A DNA stretch of 32,000 nt from an uncultured Opitutales bacterium (GCA_934613415.1 CAKTSY010000004.1:240001-272000); one strand, 5' to 3'; shown: positions 14,323 to 24,139, counted from the stretch's first letter. Notes: a model not told the origin generated them from the sequence alone. Made by a program: numbers and translations.

Positions 14323-16686
14323 CTACACAAGCCTGTGTCGTTCTATAACCTCGTTTTGCCAACGTTCCGACAAAGCGACAAAACGCGCAGAAAAACCGCA
14401 TACTTTCACCATTAAATCCATGTGGCGTTCGGGGTGCTTTTGCGCGTCTATAAGGTCTTCTACAGAATTGCAGTTGGGCTGCAAAAGGTGCCCGCATTTC
14501 TTTGCAAAAACCCTAAATATGGCGGCAAAAGTCTCGGCACTCATAGCGTGCTTGTCGAAAGTAAGATTGGCGTTCGATGCAATCAGACATTCGTGAGGAA
14601 GCGTTGCGATAGAGTTCAAAACCGTTGTAATGCCCTCTTTGCAGCGGTATTCGCTGGGCGAAAATCCCTGCGCAAAGCGGTCGCCGTTGTACCTGCCGTC
14701 GGGAGTCGCCTTTGCACCGTTTCCCCAATACATAAACTCTCTATATATCAAAATCGCCAAGTGGTACGAATCGTTTTGGTCGGTCGTAAAACCCTCTATG
14801 TCGTCGTGAATTTTCCGCATCCACCACGCCATTTGCTCGCACGACTTTTTCGAACCGTCGCCCCAATACGGAGCCTTTAACACCTCTGCGCGCAAACGTT
14901 GTCCGTAGTCGCCCTCCCAGTTGTTGCGAACGGCATTCAGCAGCTCTTTTATAGTGCAAATTTTTTTGTCGAAACAAACGTATTCTATTGCCAACAGCGA
15001 ATCCACAACATTGCCCAAAAACGCCAAAGTGATTACGCGCGGGCGAGATGCTACACCGCCGTCGGTAGTATCGCGTCGGCTTTCTATTGCACCTTTTAGA
15101 CACATAGAATATACGGGATAAGGCGAAATCTTCGCAATTTGCCTTCCGTACCTAGTATATTGCCCCATCACACTCCTGAAAAACTTTATAAAATTCCTGT
15201 ATGCAATGCGCTGCGCATCGCCCGCGCTCTTTGCGTTTTGCAGGGGCTCAATTTCTATTTGCGCCTCTTTTTCTAAATTTTTATCCTGGTATATTGAAAG
15301 CTCCAAAGTTCTTACAACGGAAACATAGTTTGCGTCGTCTACGTCCATTACCGAATCTATGTAGCCATTCCAACAACCGCACGCAACATATTCCCTCGCG
15401 TCCTCGTCAGAAAAACCGCAATTTTTGTAATATGGAATATGGCGGTCGTCGTTAAACAGAGCAAACACGCAATGCCCCTTCATAAGCATATCTCCGATTT
15501 GCAGGAAATATTCTTGCGGCGAATTAGACGATATCCTGCAATGCAATTTTGGGAATACGCAATCTGCGGCATAGTGCATTTCTATAAACATTTTTGTTAG
15601 GTCGTTATACACTACGTTCCCGTATTTGTCGCACCCGCCCAATGTTATGGGAATTTCCATTTCGTGGTCGTCGTATCCGTCTACCTTGCGCATACCGTCG
15701 TGATGGCAATCGGCGGTAATCATAAATTTTGCAATCAATTCCTTTGCCTGGGCTGCAGTTAAACGCCCTTCGGCTATGTCGGCCTTGTACAGGCCATACA
15801 GCCAAGCATCGCAACGCCCCATTGCATACACAGAAACCCCGTCTATATAGCCGAGTATTTCGCGCATAAACCAAAGAGTGTTTAGCCCTTCGTAAAATGT
15901 TTTCGGCGGTTCCCACGGGCAACGCTTTGCGGATTGCGCAATCATCTTAAAGTTATTGCGCTGCCTTTCGGTTAAAGACAGGTCTTTTAAACGCCTTTCT
16001 GCTTCGTCTGCAAACGAAAGCTGTATCTTATGCAGAGTTTTCAATCCTTCAAGAGCCGTCTGCAACTCCTTTTTGCCCAATATATCGTCGCTTGGGCAGC
16101 TCTTTAACGCTGCTTGAACATCGGCATAAACACCGCCAAAACCCTTGCTTAAAATTGTTCTCGCAGGTGGAATGTGGTGAATTGAATCGACAAAAGGCCC
16201 GCAACAAAGCGTGAGGCGTTCTTTATTGCGCCTATTGAACACCTTAAAGGCCTCGTCGGGAATCAAGTTTTTTTCGCGGTAAAAACGCGAACAAAGATGC
16301 CAAGCCATTCTGGCTGGGCGCGCTCCCGCCCAGCCACCGTTTACGCCGGCTTCAAAATAAAACGGCGATTCGGTAAAAATAAACGGGACAAAGTGCGTAC
16401 GCATAGACTCGTACAATTTTTTGCGTATATCCAATGCATCATAATTGGGGTTGAGTTTTGTATACGCGATTATTTCGCTCTGAATTTTCTTTACGCTGTC
16501 TATTTGCCTAATGTCTTTTGCTTTACCGTGGCATTCGTCAGGATAAAAAGCGCGAAGCTGCTTGCGTAAAGCCGCATAGTCTTCGGAGCAATTTAAAGTT
16601 GAAGCCCCAAGCACGCCATTGCCGGCAAAAACCGTTGCAGTTGCTGCCATAGCCGTATTTTTTATAAAATTTCTCCTCGATATCAT
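14323..16686 (-). CDS. Glycyl radical enzyme (PFL-like fold, uncharacterised subtype) with an N-terminal twin-arginine signal peptide
   Basis: The 787-aa ORF has the C-terminal glycyl-radical motif MVKVCGFSARFVALSERWQNEVIERH (Gly764, 14395-14397). Its candidate thiyl loop is EYVACGCWNGY (Cys438, 15373-15375). The activase lies immediately downstream. An AAAGG Shine-Dalgarno-like element sits 9 nt upstream of the ATG at 16686. Confidence 0.85.
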   Translation of the reverse strand: MISRRNFIKNTAMAATATVFAGNGVLGASTLNCSEDYAALRKQLRAFYPDECHGKAKDIRQIDSVKKIQSEIIAYTKLNPNYDALDIRKKLYESMRTHFVPFIFTESPFYFEAGVNGGWAGARPARMAWHLCSRFYREKNLIPDEAFKVFNRRNKERLTLCCGPFVDSIHHIPPARTILSKGFGGVYADVQAALKSCPSDDILGKKELQTALEGLKTLHKIQLSFADEAERRLKDLSLTERQRNNFKMIAQSAKRCPWEPPKTFYEGLNTLWFMREILGYIDGVSVYAMGRCDAWLYGLYKADIAEGRLTAAQAKELIAKFMITADCHHDGMRKVDGYDDHEMEIPITLGGCDKYGNVVYNDLTKMFIEMHYAADCVFPKLHCRISSNSPQEYFLQIGDMLMKGHCVFALFNDDRHIPYYKNCGFSDEDAREYVACGCWNGYIDSVMDVDDANYVSVVRTLELSIYQDKNLEKEAQIEIEPLQNAKSAGDAQRIAYRNFIKFFRSVMGQYTRYGRQIAKISPYPVYSMCLKGAIESRRDTTDGGVASRPRVITLAFLGNVVDSLLAIEYVCFDKKICTIKELLNAVRNNWEGDYGQRLRAEVLKAPYWGDGSKKSCEQMAWWMRKIHDDIEGFTTDQNDSYHLAILIYREFMYWGNGAKATPDGRYNGDRFAQGFSPSEYRCKEGITTVLNSIATLPHECLIASNANLTFDKHAMSAETFAAIFRVFAKKCGHLLQPNCNSVEDLIDAQKHPERHMDLMVKVCGFSARFVALSERWQNEVIERHRLV
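16603..16686 (-). other. Predicted Tat (twin-arginine) signal peptide of the GRE
   Basis: The peptide is MISRRNFIKNTAMAATATVFAGNGVLGA|ST. SRRNFIK matches the S/T-R-R-x-F-L-K consensus. It is followed by a weakly hydrophobic Ala/Thr/Gly h-region and an LGA site. Confidence 0.65.
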
Positions 16687-16750
16687 ATAGTATAACCTTT
16701 AATTTAATTCATCGAGCAGAAATGTATTGTCGATTGGGTGAAATTGCAAC

Positions 16751-16783
16751 AAAAAAAGGGCTCGTTTACACGAGTCCTTTTTT
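16751..16783 (-). terminator. Rho-independent terminator downstream of tRNA-Thr and the RND operon
   Basis: The plus strand reads AAAAAAAGGGCTCG-tttaca-CGAGTCCTTTTTT. It is a 7-bp stem with one wobble and has A/T runs on both sides. Confidence 0.75.
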
Positions 16784-16788
16784 GACCG

Positions 16789-16861
<73 letters not shown>

Positions 16862-16888
16862 CAAGTATTAAAGCTTTTCATGAAAGCA

Positions 16889-19800
16889 TTACTGATTTTG
16901 TTTTGCAAGCTTTTTTTGACTTAAAATTACATCTTTGCCGAAAATTCTGCGAATTATGTAATAAAACACGGGAGTCATTAGGCAGCCGCATATTGTTACA
17001 CCCAACATGCCGAACAAAACCGATGTTCCCAACGCCTGTCTTAGCTCAAAACCCGAGCCCGTGCCGTATGCCAAGGGAACAACGCCCAAGATAAAGGCGA
17101 AAGATGTCATCAAAATGGGGCGCAAACGGTTTTTGGAAGCATTGCTTACGGCGCTTACAATCTCCTCGCCCCTTGCCTCTCTTTGCTTTGCAAATTCGAC
17201 AATCAAAATCGCGTTTTTGCAGGCAAGGCCTATAAGCACAACAAAGCCTATTTGCGACATTATATTGTTGTCCATCTTGCGATAGTCTATACCGAGCACC
17301 GCAAACAACAGCACCAGCGGCACAATAAGTATAACCGAAAGCGGAATTGTCCAGCTCTCGTACAGTGCCGAAAGCAAAAGGAAAATAAACACAACGCACA
17401 CGCCGAAAATATACAGCGCGGTATTGCCCGCCTTGCGTTCCTGATAAACAAGGTCTGTCCATTCTATGCCCATGCCCACGGGTAAAATTTGGCGGGCAAG
17501 CTCCTCTATTTGGTTGGCAACATAACCCGTGCTATAACCCTTTTTAAGGTTGCCCTGAATGGGCGCGCTTGAATACAAGTTAAACCTTTCCACACGATCG
17601 GGCCCAATGCCGCGCCTTATTTTTACAAGCGAGCCAAACGGAACGCTTTTGCCGTTTTTGCTGGGCACTTTCAAGTTGTATATGTCGTTTATACTGCCCC
17701 TGTTTTCGGGCTGGCCTTGGGCTACAACCCTGTAAACGCGCCCTAAAATATTAAAGTCGTTAACGTATGCCGAGCCAAAATTATACTGCATTGCGGCGAA
17801 AATTTCTGATATGGGAACGTTTAGCTTTTGCGCCCTTTCGCGGTCTACCTCCATAAACAGCTGCGGATCGCTTACCCTATACGAAGTAAACACGCTGTCT
17901 ACGGAATCGAGCTTTTCTATTTCCCCTACCAAAAGGGTTGCGTAGTGGTTTAGCTGCATAACGCCAAGGCCTGCCCTGTCTTGCAACATAAATTTAAAGT
18001 CGCTGCCCGACCCTATGCCGGGAACGGGCGAAGGCGTTAAAATATTGCTCTTTGCCTCCGAAATATTTTCGTCGAGAACCTTTCTTGCCTCCTGCATAAT
18101 GTGCGCCATTGTGTAGCCGTGGGCGTCTCTATACGAGCGTTCCCTGAAATTTACAACCAATCTGCCGCACGAAGACGAAACCATACCCGTTGCCGCATTT
18201 TGCCCGGCGTTAGACTGTGCATACCTTATGCCCGCAATACGCATAACAAGGTCTCCCGCGCGTTTGGTAACCTCTTCGGTTGTGCTAAACGCCGTTCCGT
18301 TGGGCATATCAAGTCCTATGTTTATAAAGCCTCTGTCCTGCTTGGGTATAAAGCCCTTGGGTGTTGTTTCGAAAACGTGAACTGTTAGATACAACAAACC
18401 TATGTACAAAAGGAAAATTATAATCGAAATTCTTATTAAACCTGCAACCAAGCGGCCGTAGAACTTTGCGCAAAGTTCGAATACCTTGTTGAAAAGCCAG
18501 AATATTTTGCCGAATGTATTGTTGTATAACTTAAACAAAAATCCCTTTTTTGCATTGGGCTTTTCTTTAAGGAAAAGCGCGCAAAGCGCGGGAGTAAGCG
18601 TAAGCGAAACTATGCCCGAAAATATTGTAGAAGCTGCAATTGTTATTGCAAACTGCCTGTAAAACTGCCCGGAAATGCCGCCCAAAAACGCGGTGGGTAA
18701 AAACACGCAGCTTAGCACCAAAACAATTGCTATAAGCGCGCCCTGCACTTGCGTCATTGCCTTTTCGGTTGCGGCTTTTGCGTCCAGGCCGTCGGCCATA
18801 TTGCGCTCTACGTTTTCTACAACAACAATCGCGTCGTCTACAACAATGCCTATGGCAAGCACCAAACCGAATAGCGTAAGGTTGTTTATTGAATAGCCCA
18901 AAGCATACATAACCGCAAATGTGCCAACCAGCGAAACGGGAATTGCAAAAAGCGGAATAACGGCCGCCCTGAATTTTTGCAGGAACAACAGCACCACAAA
19001 AACAACCAAAATTACGGCGTCGAAAATTGTGCTGTAAACGGCGTTGATTGATTCTGAAATATATTCGGTTGTATCGAAGCCTATTATATAGTCGACATCG
19101 TTTGGGAAATCTTTTTTAAGCTCTTCCAGCTCTTTGCGAATGTTTTTAACGGTTTGCACCGCGTTAGACCCTGGCAACTGGTACGCCCCCATACCCACCG
19201 TACTTTTGTTGTTGATATACGAGTCGGTATTGTAGTTGTAGGAAGCCAGCTCTATTTTAGCTACGTCTTTTAGGCGAATAACCCTGCCGTCGGGCAGGTC
19301 TTTTACTATAATCGAGCCAAATTCCGATTCGGTAGAAAGCCTGCCCTTCATATTTATCAGCAGCTCAAGCGTTGCGTCCTCCTTGTGGGGCGACTGGTTT
19401 ATTTTGCCCGCGGCAACCTGTTTGTTTTGCTCTTCTATTGCCGAAATAATTTCCTTTGCGCCCATATTCAGGCTGGCAAGCCTGTCGGGGTCTATCCAAA
19501 TACGCATACAATATTCCTTTGCGCCCCAAACGTCGAACTCGCTAACGCCGTATACGCGCGAAAGCCTGTCTTGCATATTTGTAATTGCATAGTTTGTTAA
19601 ATACAGTTTGTCGCGCGTGCCCTTAGGCGAAATAAGGTTCACAGTCATCAACATATCGGGCGAGCGCTTTGCCACGGTTACGCCCTTGTCGCGCACCTCT
19701 TTCGGCAATCTGGAAAGCGACTGCGAAACTTTGTTTTGCACCAAAACCTGCGCCATGTCTATGTTGGTGCCCGTTTCGAAAGTAACGGTAATTCTAACCG

Positions 19801-20065
19801 AGCCGTTCGAAGCGCACTGGCTTTGCATGTAAATCATATTTTCTACGCCGTTTATTTCCTGCTCGAGAGGGGCGGCAACGGTGTTCATCAAAACTTCGGG
19901 CGACGCCCCAGCATAGTTTGCCGAAACCGAAATTGTGGGCGGCACAATGTTCGGATACTGCGTAATTGGCAAGTTTTGGAACGCAACGGCACCTACAAGC
20001 ATTATGAAGATTGAAATAACGCTTGCAAAAATTGGCCTGTTTATAAAGAAGTGCGAAAAATTCAT
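16889..20065 (-). CDS. RND family efflux transporter permease (HAE1/AcrB-like)
   Basis: The 1058-aa ORF begins MNFSHFFINRPIFASVISIFIMLVGAVAF..LPITQYPNIVPPTISVSANYAGASPEV, the canonical AcrB N-terminus. It has 12-TM architecture with two large periplasmic loops. Confidence 0.9.
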   Translation of the reverse strand: MNFSHFFINRPIFASVISIFIMLVGAVAFQNLPITQYPNIVPPTISVSANYAGASPEVLMNTVAAPLEQEINGVENMIYMQSQCASNGSVRITVTFETGTNIDMAQVLVQNKVSQSLSRLPKEVRDKGVTVAKRSPDMLMTVNLISPKGTRDKLYLTNYAITNMQDRLSRVYGVSEFDVWGAKEYCMRIWIDPDRLASLNMGAKEIISAIEEQNKQVAAGKINQSPHKEDATLELLINMKGRLSTESEFGSIIVKDLPDGRVIRLKDVAKIELASYNYNTDSYINNKSTVGMGAYQLPGSNAVQTVKNIRKELEELKKDFPNDVDYIIGFDTTEYISESINAVYSTIFDAVILVVFVVLLFLQKFRAAVIPLFAIPVSLVGTFAVMYALGYSINNLTLFGLVLAIGIVVDDAIVVVENVERNMADGLDAKAATEKAMTQVQGALIAIVLVLSCVFLPTAFLGGISGQFYRQFAITIAASTIFSGIVSLTLTPALCALFLKEKPNAKKGFLFKLYNNTFGKIFWLFNKVFELCAKFYGRLVAGLIRISIIIFLLYIGLLYLTVHVFETTPKGFIPKQDRGFINIGLDMPNGTAFSTTEEVTKRAGDLVMRIAGIRYAQSNAGQNAATGMVSSSCGRLVVNFRERSYRDAHGYTMAHIMQEARKVLDENISEAKSNILTPSPVPGIGSGSDFKFMLQDRAGLGVMQLNHYATLLVGEIEKLDSVDSVFTSYRVSDPQLFMEVDRERAQKLNVPISEIFAAMQYNFGSAYVNDFNILGRVYRVVAQGQPENRGSINDIYNLKVPSKNGKSVPFGSLVKIRRGIGPDRVERFNLYSSAPIQGNLKKGYSTGYVANQIEELARQILPVGMGIEWTDLVYQERKAGNTALYIFGVCVVFIFLLLSALYESWTIPLSVILIVPLVLLFAVLGIDYRKMDNNIMSQIGFVVLIGLACKNAILIVEFAKQREARGEEIVSAVSNASKNRLRPILMTSFAFILGVVPLAYGTGSGFELRQALGTSVLFGMLGVTICGCLMTPVFYYIIRRIFGKDVILSQKKLAKQNQ

Positions 20066-21195
20066 TATTTAAGCTCCACCTTTACGGGTTTTACAACCGA
20101 ATTTAACTTTGCGCGGTGAAGTGCTTTTACAACAACCCAATCGCTGTCTTTTAAGCCGTCTAAAATTATTATGTTTTTGCCTATGTTTTCGCCAACAGTT
20201 ACCGCTCGGTATTCAACAACGTTCTTGTCGTTCACAACCAAAACATAGCGACCAACTAAGTCGGTGCCTACAATTTGTTCGGGTAGCATAAGGCGGTCTA
20301 CACCCTCGCTGCGGCGCAAACTTGCCTTTGCATACATACCGGGGAAAAGCTTGCCCTTAGAATTGTCCACATCGGCCCTAAGCTCCATACTTGCCGAATT
20401 TAGCTTGTTGTCGATATACGTTAACACACCGGTGTGCGACGCGGTTTTTTCGTCCATAAGCTTTATCTTTACGGGCGGGCCGCTGCGGGTGTCGCCGTTG
20501 ATTTTATCTATAAGGTTTTCGTTTGAATAGTTTATTATATCGCGTTCGCTAACTTCGAAATACGCATATATTGTAGCTCTCGAAACCACGTTTGCCATAA
20601 GGGTACTCGAAGCTTCAATAAGGTTGCCTGCGTCTACCATACGGCGGCTTACATAGCCCGAAATTGGAGAGGTGATTTTAGTAAATTCAAGATTAAGGTT
20701 TGCCTCTTTTAACTGGGCTTTTGCGCTCATTAACAATGCGTTTGTAGTAAGGTATTCGCTGCGGCGGGTTTCCAAAGTTTCTTTCGAAATTGCCTTGGCG
20801 GCAAACAGTTCTTCGGCGCGGCTTAGGTTGCTTTTTGCCAAGCTTACCTTCGATTCTGCCTCTATAACCGATGCCTTGCAGTTTTCTACTACAACCTCGA
20901 AAGGCCTTGGATCTATAAGGAAAAGCGGCTGGCCCTCCTTTACATATTGGCCGTCGAAAAACAAAATCTTTTCGAGATAGCCGCTAACGCGCGAGCGTAT
21001 TTCAACCGACTTTTCGCCCTCTAGTCTTGCAACGTAGTCGTCCCAAATTTCTACCTTGCGCTTTATGGGGTTTGCAACCTCTACCGAATTGTTCTGTGCA
21101 GTCGTTTTGGCTGCGGGTTGTTCGTCTTTGCAGGATACCGCAAAAAATGCGCACAATGCAAATAATGCAAATGTATATAAATTTGTTTTAGCCAT
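20065..21195 (-). CDS. RND efflux periplasmic adaptor (membrane fusion protein), lipoprotein
   Basis: The protein begins MAKTNLYTFALFALCAFFAVSCKDE (lipobox AVSC). It has barrel-sandwich and coiled-coil blocks (..VEIRSRVSGYLEKILFFDGQYVKEGQPLFLIDPRPF.., ..TKITSPISGYVSRR..). Its stop overlaps the pump's ATG by 1 nt (TAATG). I chose the start at the ATG at 21195. Confidence 0.85.
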   Translation of the reverse strand: MAKTNLYTFALFALCAFFAVSCKDEQPAAKTTAQNNSVEVANPIKRKVEIWDDYVARLEGEKSVEIRSRVSGYLEKILFFDGQYVKEGQPLFLIDPRPFEVVVENCKASVIEAESKVSLAKSNLSRAEELFAAKAISKETLETRRSEYLTTNALLMSAKAQLKEANLNLEFTKITSPISGYVSRRMVDAGNLIEASSTLMANVVSRATIYAYFEVSERDIINYSNENLIDKINGDTRSGPPVKIKLMDEKTASHTGVLTYIDNKLNSASMELRADVDNSKGKLFPGMYAKASLRRSEGVDRLMLPEQIVGTDLVGRYVLVVNDKNVVEYRAVTVGENIGKNIIILDGLKDSDWVVVKALHRAKLNSVVKPVKVELK

Positions 21196-21380
21196 ATATA
21201 GAAGATAAAGTTTTTTAAGGCTTAAAAAAGAGAACTGCACCGCAATTTGCCGCAAAACCCGACAACACAGCGTTTAACAAAGCCCTCCCCCGCAAGCCGT
21301 TAAAGTTTTAAAGATTTACAATTATATAAAAGGGGCTGCTTTTCAAGAATTTTTACATAAAAATTTGCATATTTTTGGGC

Positions 21381-21413
21381 AAAAAAAACGCCCCGCCGAA
21401 TGTCGGCGAAGCG
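21381..21413 (-). terminator. Rho-independent terminator after the isomerase-like gene
   Basis: The minus strand reads CGCTTCGCCGA-cat-TCGGCGGGGCG followed by TTTTTTTT. The stem has 2 mismatches. Confidence 0.65.
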
Positions 21414-21437
21414 CGGTAAACCTTGTGTAAGTTTAAA

Positions 21438-22271
21438 TTAGTTTTCCCTTAAAAACTTTACGCACTTTTCCAAATCTTTTAGGTTGTCTTTGTAGTTGGC
21501 TTCGTACTCGATAACAAAAAAGCCGTTGTAGCCTTGTTTGTCGAGCTCGGCAAGCATTGCCTTGTCGTTAAGCGCGCCCTCGCCCAGTGGAACGGGCTGG
21601 TTTTTTGCGTTGCCAAATTCGGCCTGGTCTTTAAAGTGAATAGAGCCTATGTTGCCTTTTAAAAGCCTAAGGGCATCTACGGGATTTATGCCGCAGCGCG
21701 ACCAGTGCCCGACATCTGGGTTTGCCATAACGTTGTCGAAAGGCCTTGTGTATTTATTCATAACTTCGGGGTCGAAATACTGGTTTAGGCTGTCTTTTGC
21801 ATGGTGGTGCAAGCACATTTTTATGCCGTATTTTTTGCCGAATTTATCCCATACGGGGAATCTCGAAACGGGGTCTTCGGTAATTATGCGTTCCATACCG
21901 AATTCGTTTGCAAAGCGACAATATTTTTCAACATCGGCGTCTTTCGACGTTCTTTTTACACCAAAGCTTACCATCTTTAACTTTGCGTCGGCAAAAAGCT
22001 TCTTCACAAATGCCTTTTGTTCGTCCGTCATATTAACGTCGAATTTTGCATTGCCGAATTTGTCGGAAATTCTCTGGTTCGGATAGCATTCAACGCCGTC
22101 TATATCAAGACCTTTTATTCTATTTACGGTTTCTTCTAGCGTATAGCAATTCATAGAAAACGCCTGAATTGCAATTTTGCGGTGTTTTTTTGCGGGCGAT
22201 TGGGTCTGCGCAAACGCCGACGAAAGCGAAACGGCAAACAACAGTATTAACGATATAATTTTCTTTGTCAT
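21438..22271 (-). CDS. Secreted xylose-isomerase-like TIM-barrel protein (sugar phosphate isomerase/epimerase family)
   Basis: The 277-aa ORF has a signal peptide (MTKKIISLILLFAVSLSSAFAQ). The blocks ..IAIQAFSM..GLDIDGVECYP.., ..MCLHHH.., ..GSIHFKD.. and ..FFVIEYE.. follow the AP-endonuclease-2/xylose-isomerase-like TIM pattern. Confidence 0.65.
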   Translation of the reverse strand: MTKKIISLILLFAVSLSSAFAQTQSPAKKHRKIAIQAFSMNCYTLEETVNRIKGLDIDGVECYPNQRISDKFGNAKFDVNMTDEQKAFVKKLFADAKLKMVSFGVKRTSKDADVEKYCRFANEFGMERIITEDPVSRFPVWDKFGKKYGIKMCLHHHAKDSLNQYFDPEVMNKYTRPFDNVMANPDVGHWSRCGINPVDALRLLKGNIGSIHFKDQAEFGNAKNQPVPLGEGALNDKAMLAELDKQGYNGFFVIEYEANYKDNLKDLEKCVKFLREN

Positions 22272-22372
22272 AATGCCGATTATCTAACTTCGGTAAAATT
22301 TTTATTCAAGAGTTTTTTTAATTTTCTTGATAAAGCGCAAAACTATACATATTCGTAAATCAATTTATAGAT

Positions 22373-24049
22373 ATGTATATGAAAAACAAAGCAAGATTCA
22401 TTTTTTCTTTAGCCTGCATTATGGGCTGCCTAAACGCGTTTGCAGCGGCAAATATTTCGATAGACTCGGTTAAATTAAACTACGCTCAGGCAAAAAAATT
22501 GTATGCAAAAACAATTAAGGTTTCGGATTTTGGCGCAATTGCAAACGACGGCAAAGACGATACCAAAGCCATTAACGCCGCGCTTGAAAAAGCAAAAGAA
22601 ATTGCCCAAAGCGAACCCGTTTGCCTGCTTTTCGAAAACGGTAGCTACGACATTACTCCCGAAAACAACGAGTTTTACGCGCTAAAAATAAAGGGGGCAA
22701 AAAATATTTTAATAGACGGCAACAACGCTACATTAATAAGGCACAAAGGGGCAGTGTTTTTTATAAAAAACAGCACCAACATTGCGGTTGCAAATTTTAA
22801 AATAAAAAATTCGGAATTGGCTATAACGGGAGGCGTGGTTGTAAACGCAGGCGAAGGATTTTTCGACTGCAAAATTGCAGAGCAATTTCCCGTCTACGAA
22901 AAGCCCGTTTTGGCAATTATTGGCTACAACCAAGAGCACGATTGCTACAACGTAAAAGTTACCGACATTTACCAGCTAGATAGCACTGTTAACGCAAAAA
23001 AAATTGCCGACAAAACTTTGCGCGTGTTTTTAAACAAAGACAAAAAAACCCCGCCTTTAAATTCTACCGTATTGCTGCGCTACACGGTTTACGGCCCGCA
23101 GGCGGTAATGTCGGAAAACTGCAAAAACGCAAGGTTCTACAACCTAACGGTGCTTGAACACTCGGGAATGGGCATTTTGGCGTTGAACACCGAAAATATT
23201 TATGTGGATAATTTCAACGTAAAAACAAGCGACAAAAAGTATTGGATGGCAGCCACCGCCGACGGTCTTCACTTTAAAAATTGCAGAGGAAAAGTGTTCA
23301 TATATAATTCATACTTTGAAAAGCTTGGCGACGATGCATTGAACATACACCAAATGTACCTTACCGTTAACAAAAGAATTTCGCCGAAAAAAATAGAGGT
23401 TTTCCATGCAAGGAATTTAAACGAAAGCCAAAAGCACCCCTCTAAAGAAAGGCCATTCCCCTACTACCTTGTTCCCGCCAAGGGCGACACAATTGTTTTC
23501 GGCGAAAAGGAAAACTACCTAAGGCTGGCATCTCCCAACAAAATTGTTAACGCGCAAATTTTGCACGACAAAGGCTCTGCAATTTTCGAGTTCGAAAACG
23601 ACCTGCCAGAACACGTCGACTACGGGCTTACCGTTGCCAACATTTCGCAAGACCCATACACCGAAATTAAAAACTGCACGGTAAGAGGCAACAGAGCAAG
23701 AGGCTTTCTTATAAAAGTTTCAGACGCTGTAATAGAAAACTGCACTTTCATACGCCCTACAATTTCCGCCATACTTTTAGAAAACGACGCCAGCTACTGG
23801 TACGAAGGCATAAGGGTTAAAAATCTTTTGATAAAAAACTGCAAGTTCGACAACTGCGGAACAATGTGGAACAGAAACAAACTGCCCCCCGCAATTTGGG
23901 ACGATGCCTCTTTTTGCAAAGGAGTTCCCAAAAACGGCTATGTTAACGAAAACGTTACAATAGAAAATTGTGAATTTTTAAACTGCAATGTTTTGCTGCA
24001 GCAAACAAAGAATCTTGTAGAAAAAAACAACAACTACGAAGAAGACTAA
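22373..24049 (+). CDS. Secreted right-handed parallel beta-helix protein (pectate-lyase-fold glycosidase-like; GH28/GH110-type features)
   Basis: It has a signal peptide (..FSLACIMGCLNAFAAA). The N-terminal block is KVSDFGAIANDGKDDTKAINAALEKA. It shows repeated beta-helix-like N-x-x-I/V-x-N periodicity, plus ..DGLHFKNCRG.. and ..GDDALNIH... The start could be 22373 or 22379. Confidence 0.6.
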   Translation: MYMKNKARFIFSLACIMGCLNAFAAANISIDSVKLNYAQAKKLYAKTIKVSDFGAIANDGKDDTKAINAALEKAKEIAQSEPVCLLFENGSYDITPENNEFYALKIKGAKNILIDGNNATLIRHKGAVFFIKNSTNIAVANFKIKNSELAITGGVVVNAGEGFFDCKIAEQFPVYEKPVLAIIGYNQEHDCYNVKVTDIYQLDSTVNAKKIADKTLRVFLNKDKKTPPLNSTVLLRYTVYGPQAVMSENCKNARFYNLTVLEHSGMGILALNTENIYVDNFNVKTSDKKYWMAATADGLHFKNCRGKVFIYNSYFEKLGDDALNIHQMYLTVNKRISPKKIEVFHARNLNESQKHPSKERPFPYYLVPAKGDTIVFGEKENYLRLASPNKIVNAQILHDKGSAIFEFENDLPEHVDYGLTVANISQDPYTEIKNCTVRGNRARGFLIKVSDAVIENCTFIRPTISAILLENDASYWYEGIRVKNLLIKNCKFDNCGTMWNRNKLPPAIWDDASFCKGVPKNGYVNENVTIENCEFLNCNVLLQQTKNLVEKNNNYEED

Positions 24050-24075
24050 TCTTTGTTTTACGCCTTTTTTAGATA

Positions 24076-24115
24076 AAAGAAAATCCCGCTCCTGTTTGGG
24101 GCGGGATTGTTTTTG
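24076..24115. terminator. Bidirectional terminator between the convergent beta-helix gene and glnN
   Basis: The sequence AATCCCGC (24082-24089) ... GCGGGATT (24101-24108) forms a stem. An A-rich run lies upstream and GTTTTTG downstream. Confidence 0.75.
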
Positions 24116-24139
24116 TGTCTCTTTATAATAGCAGTTTTT

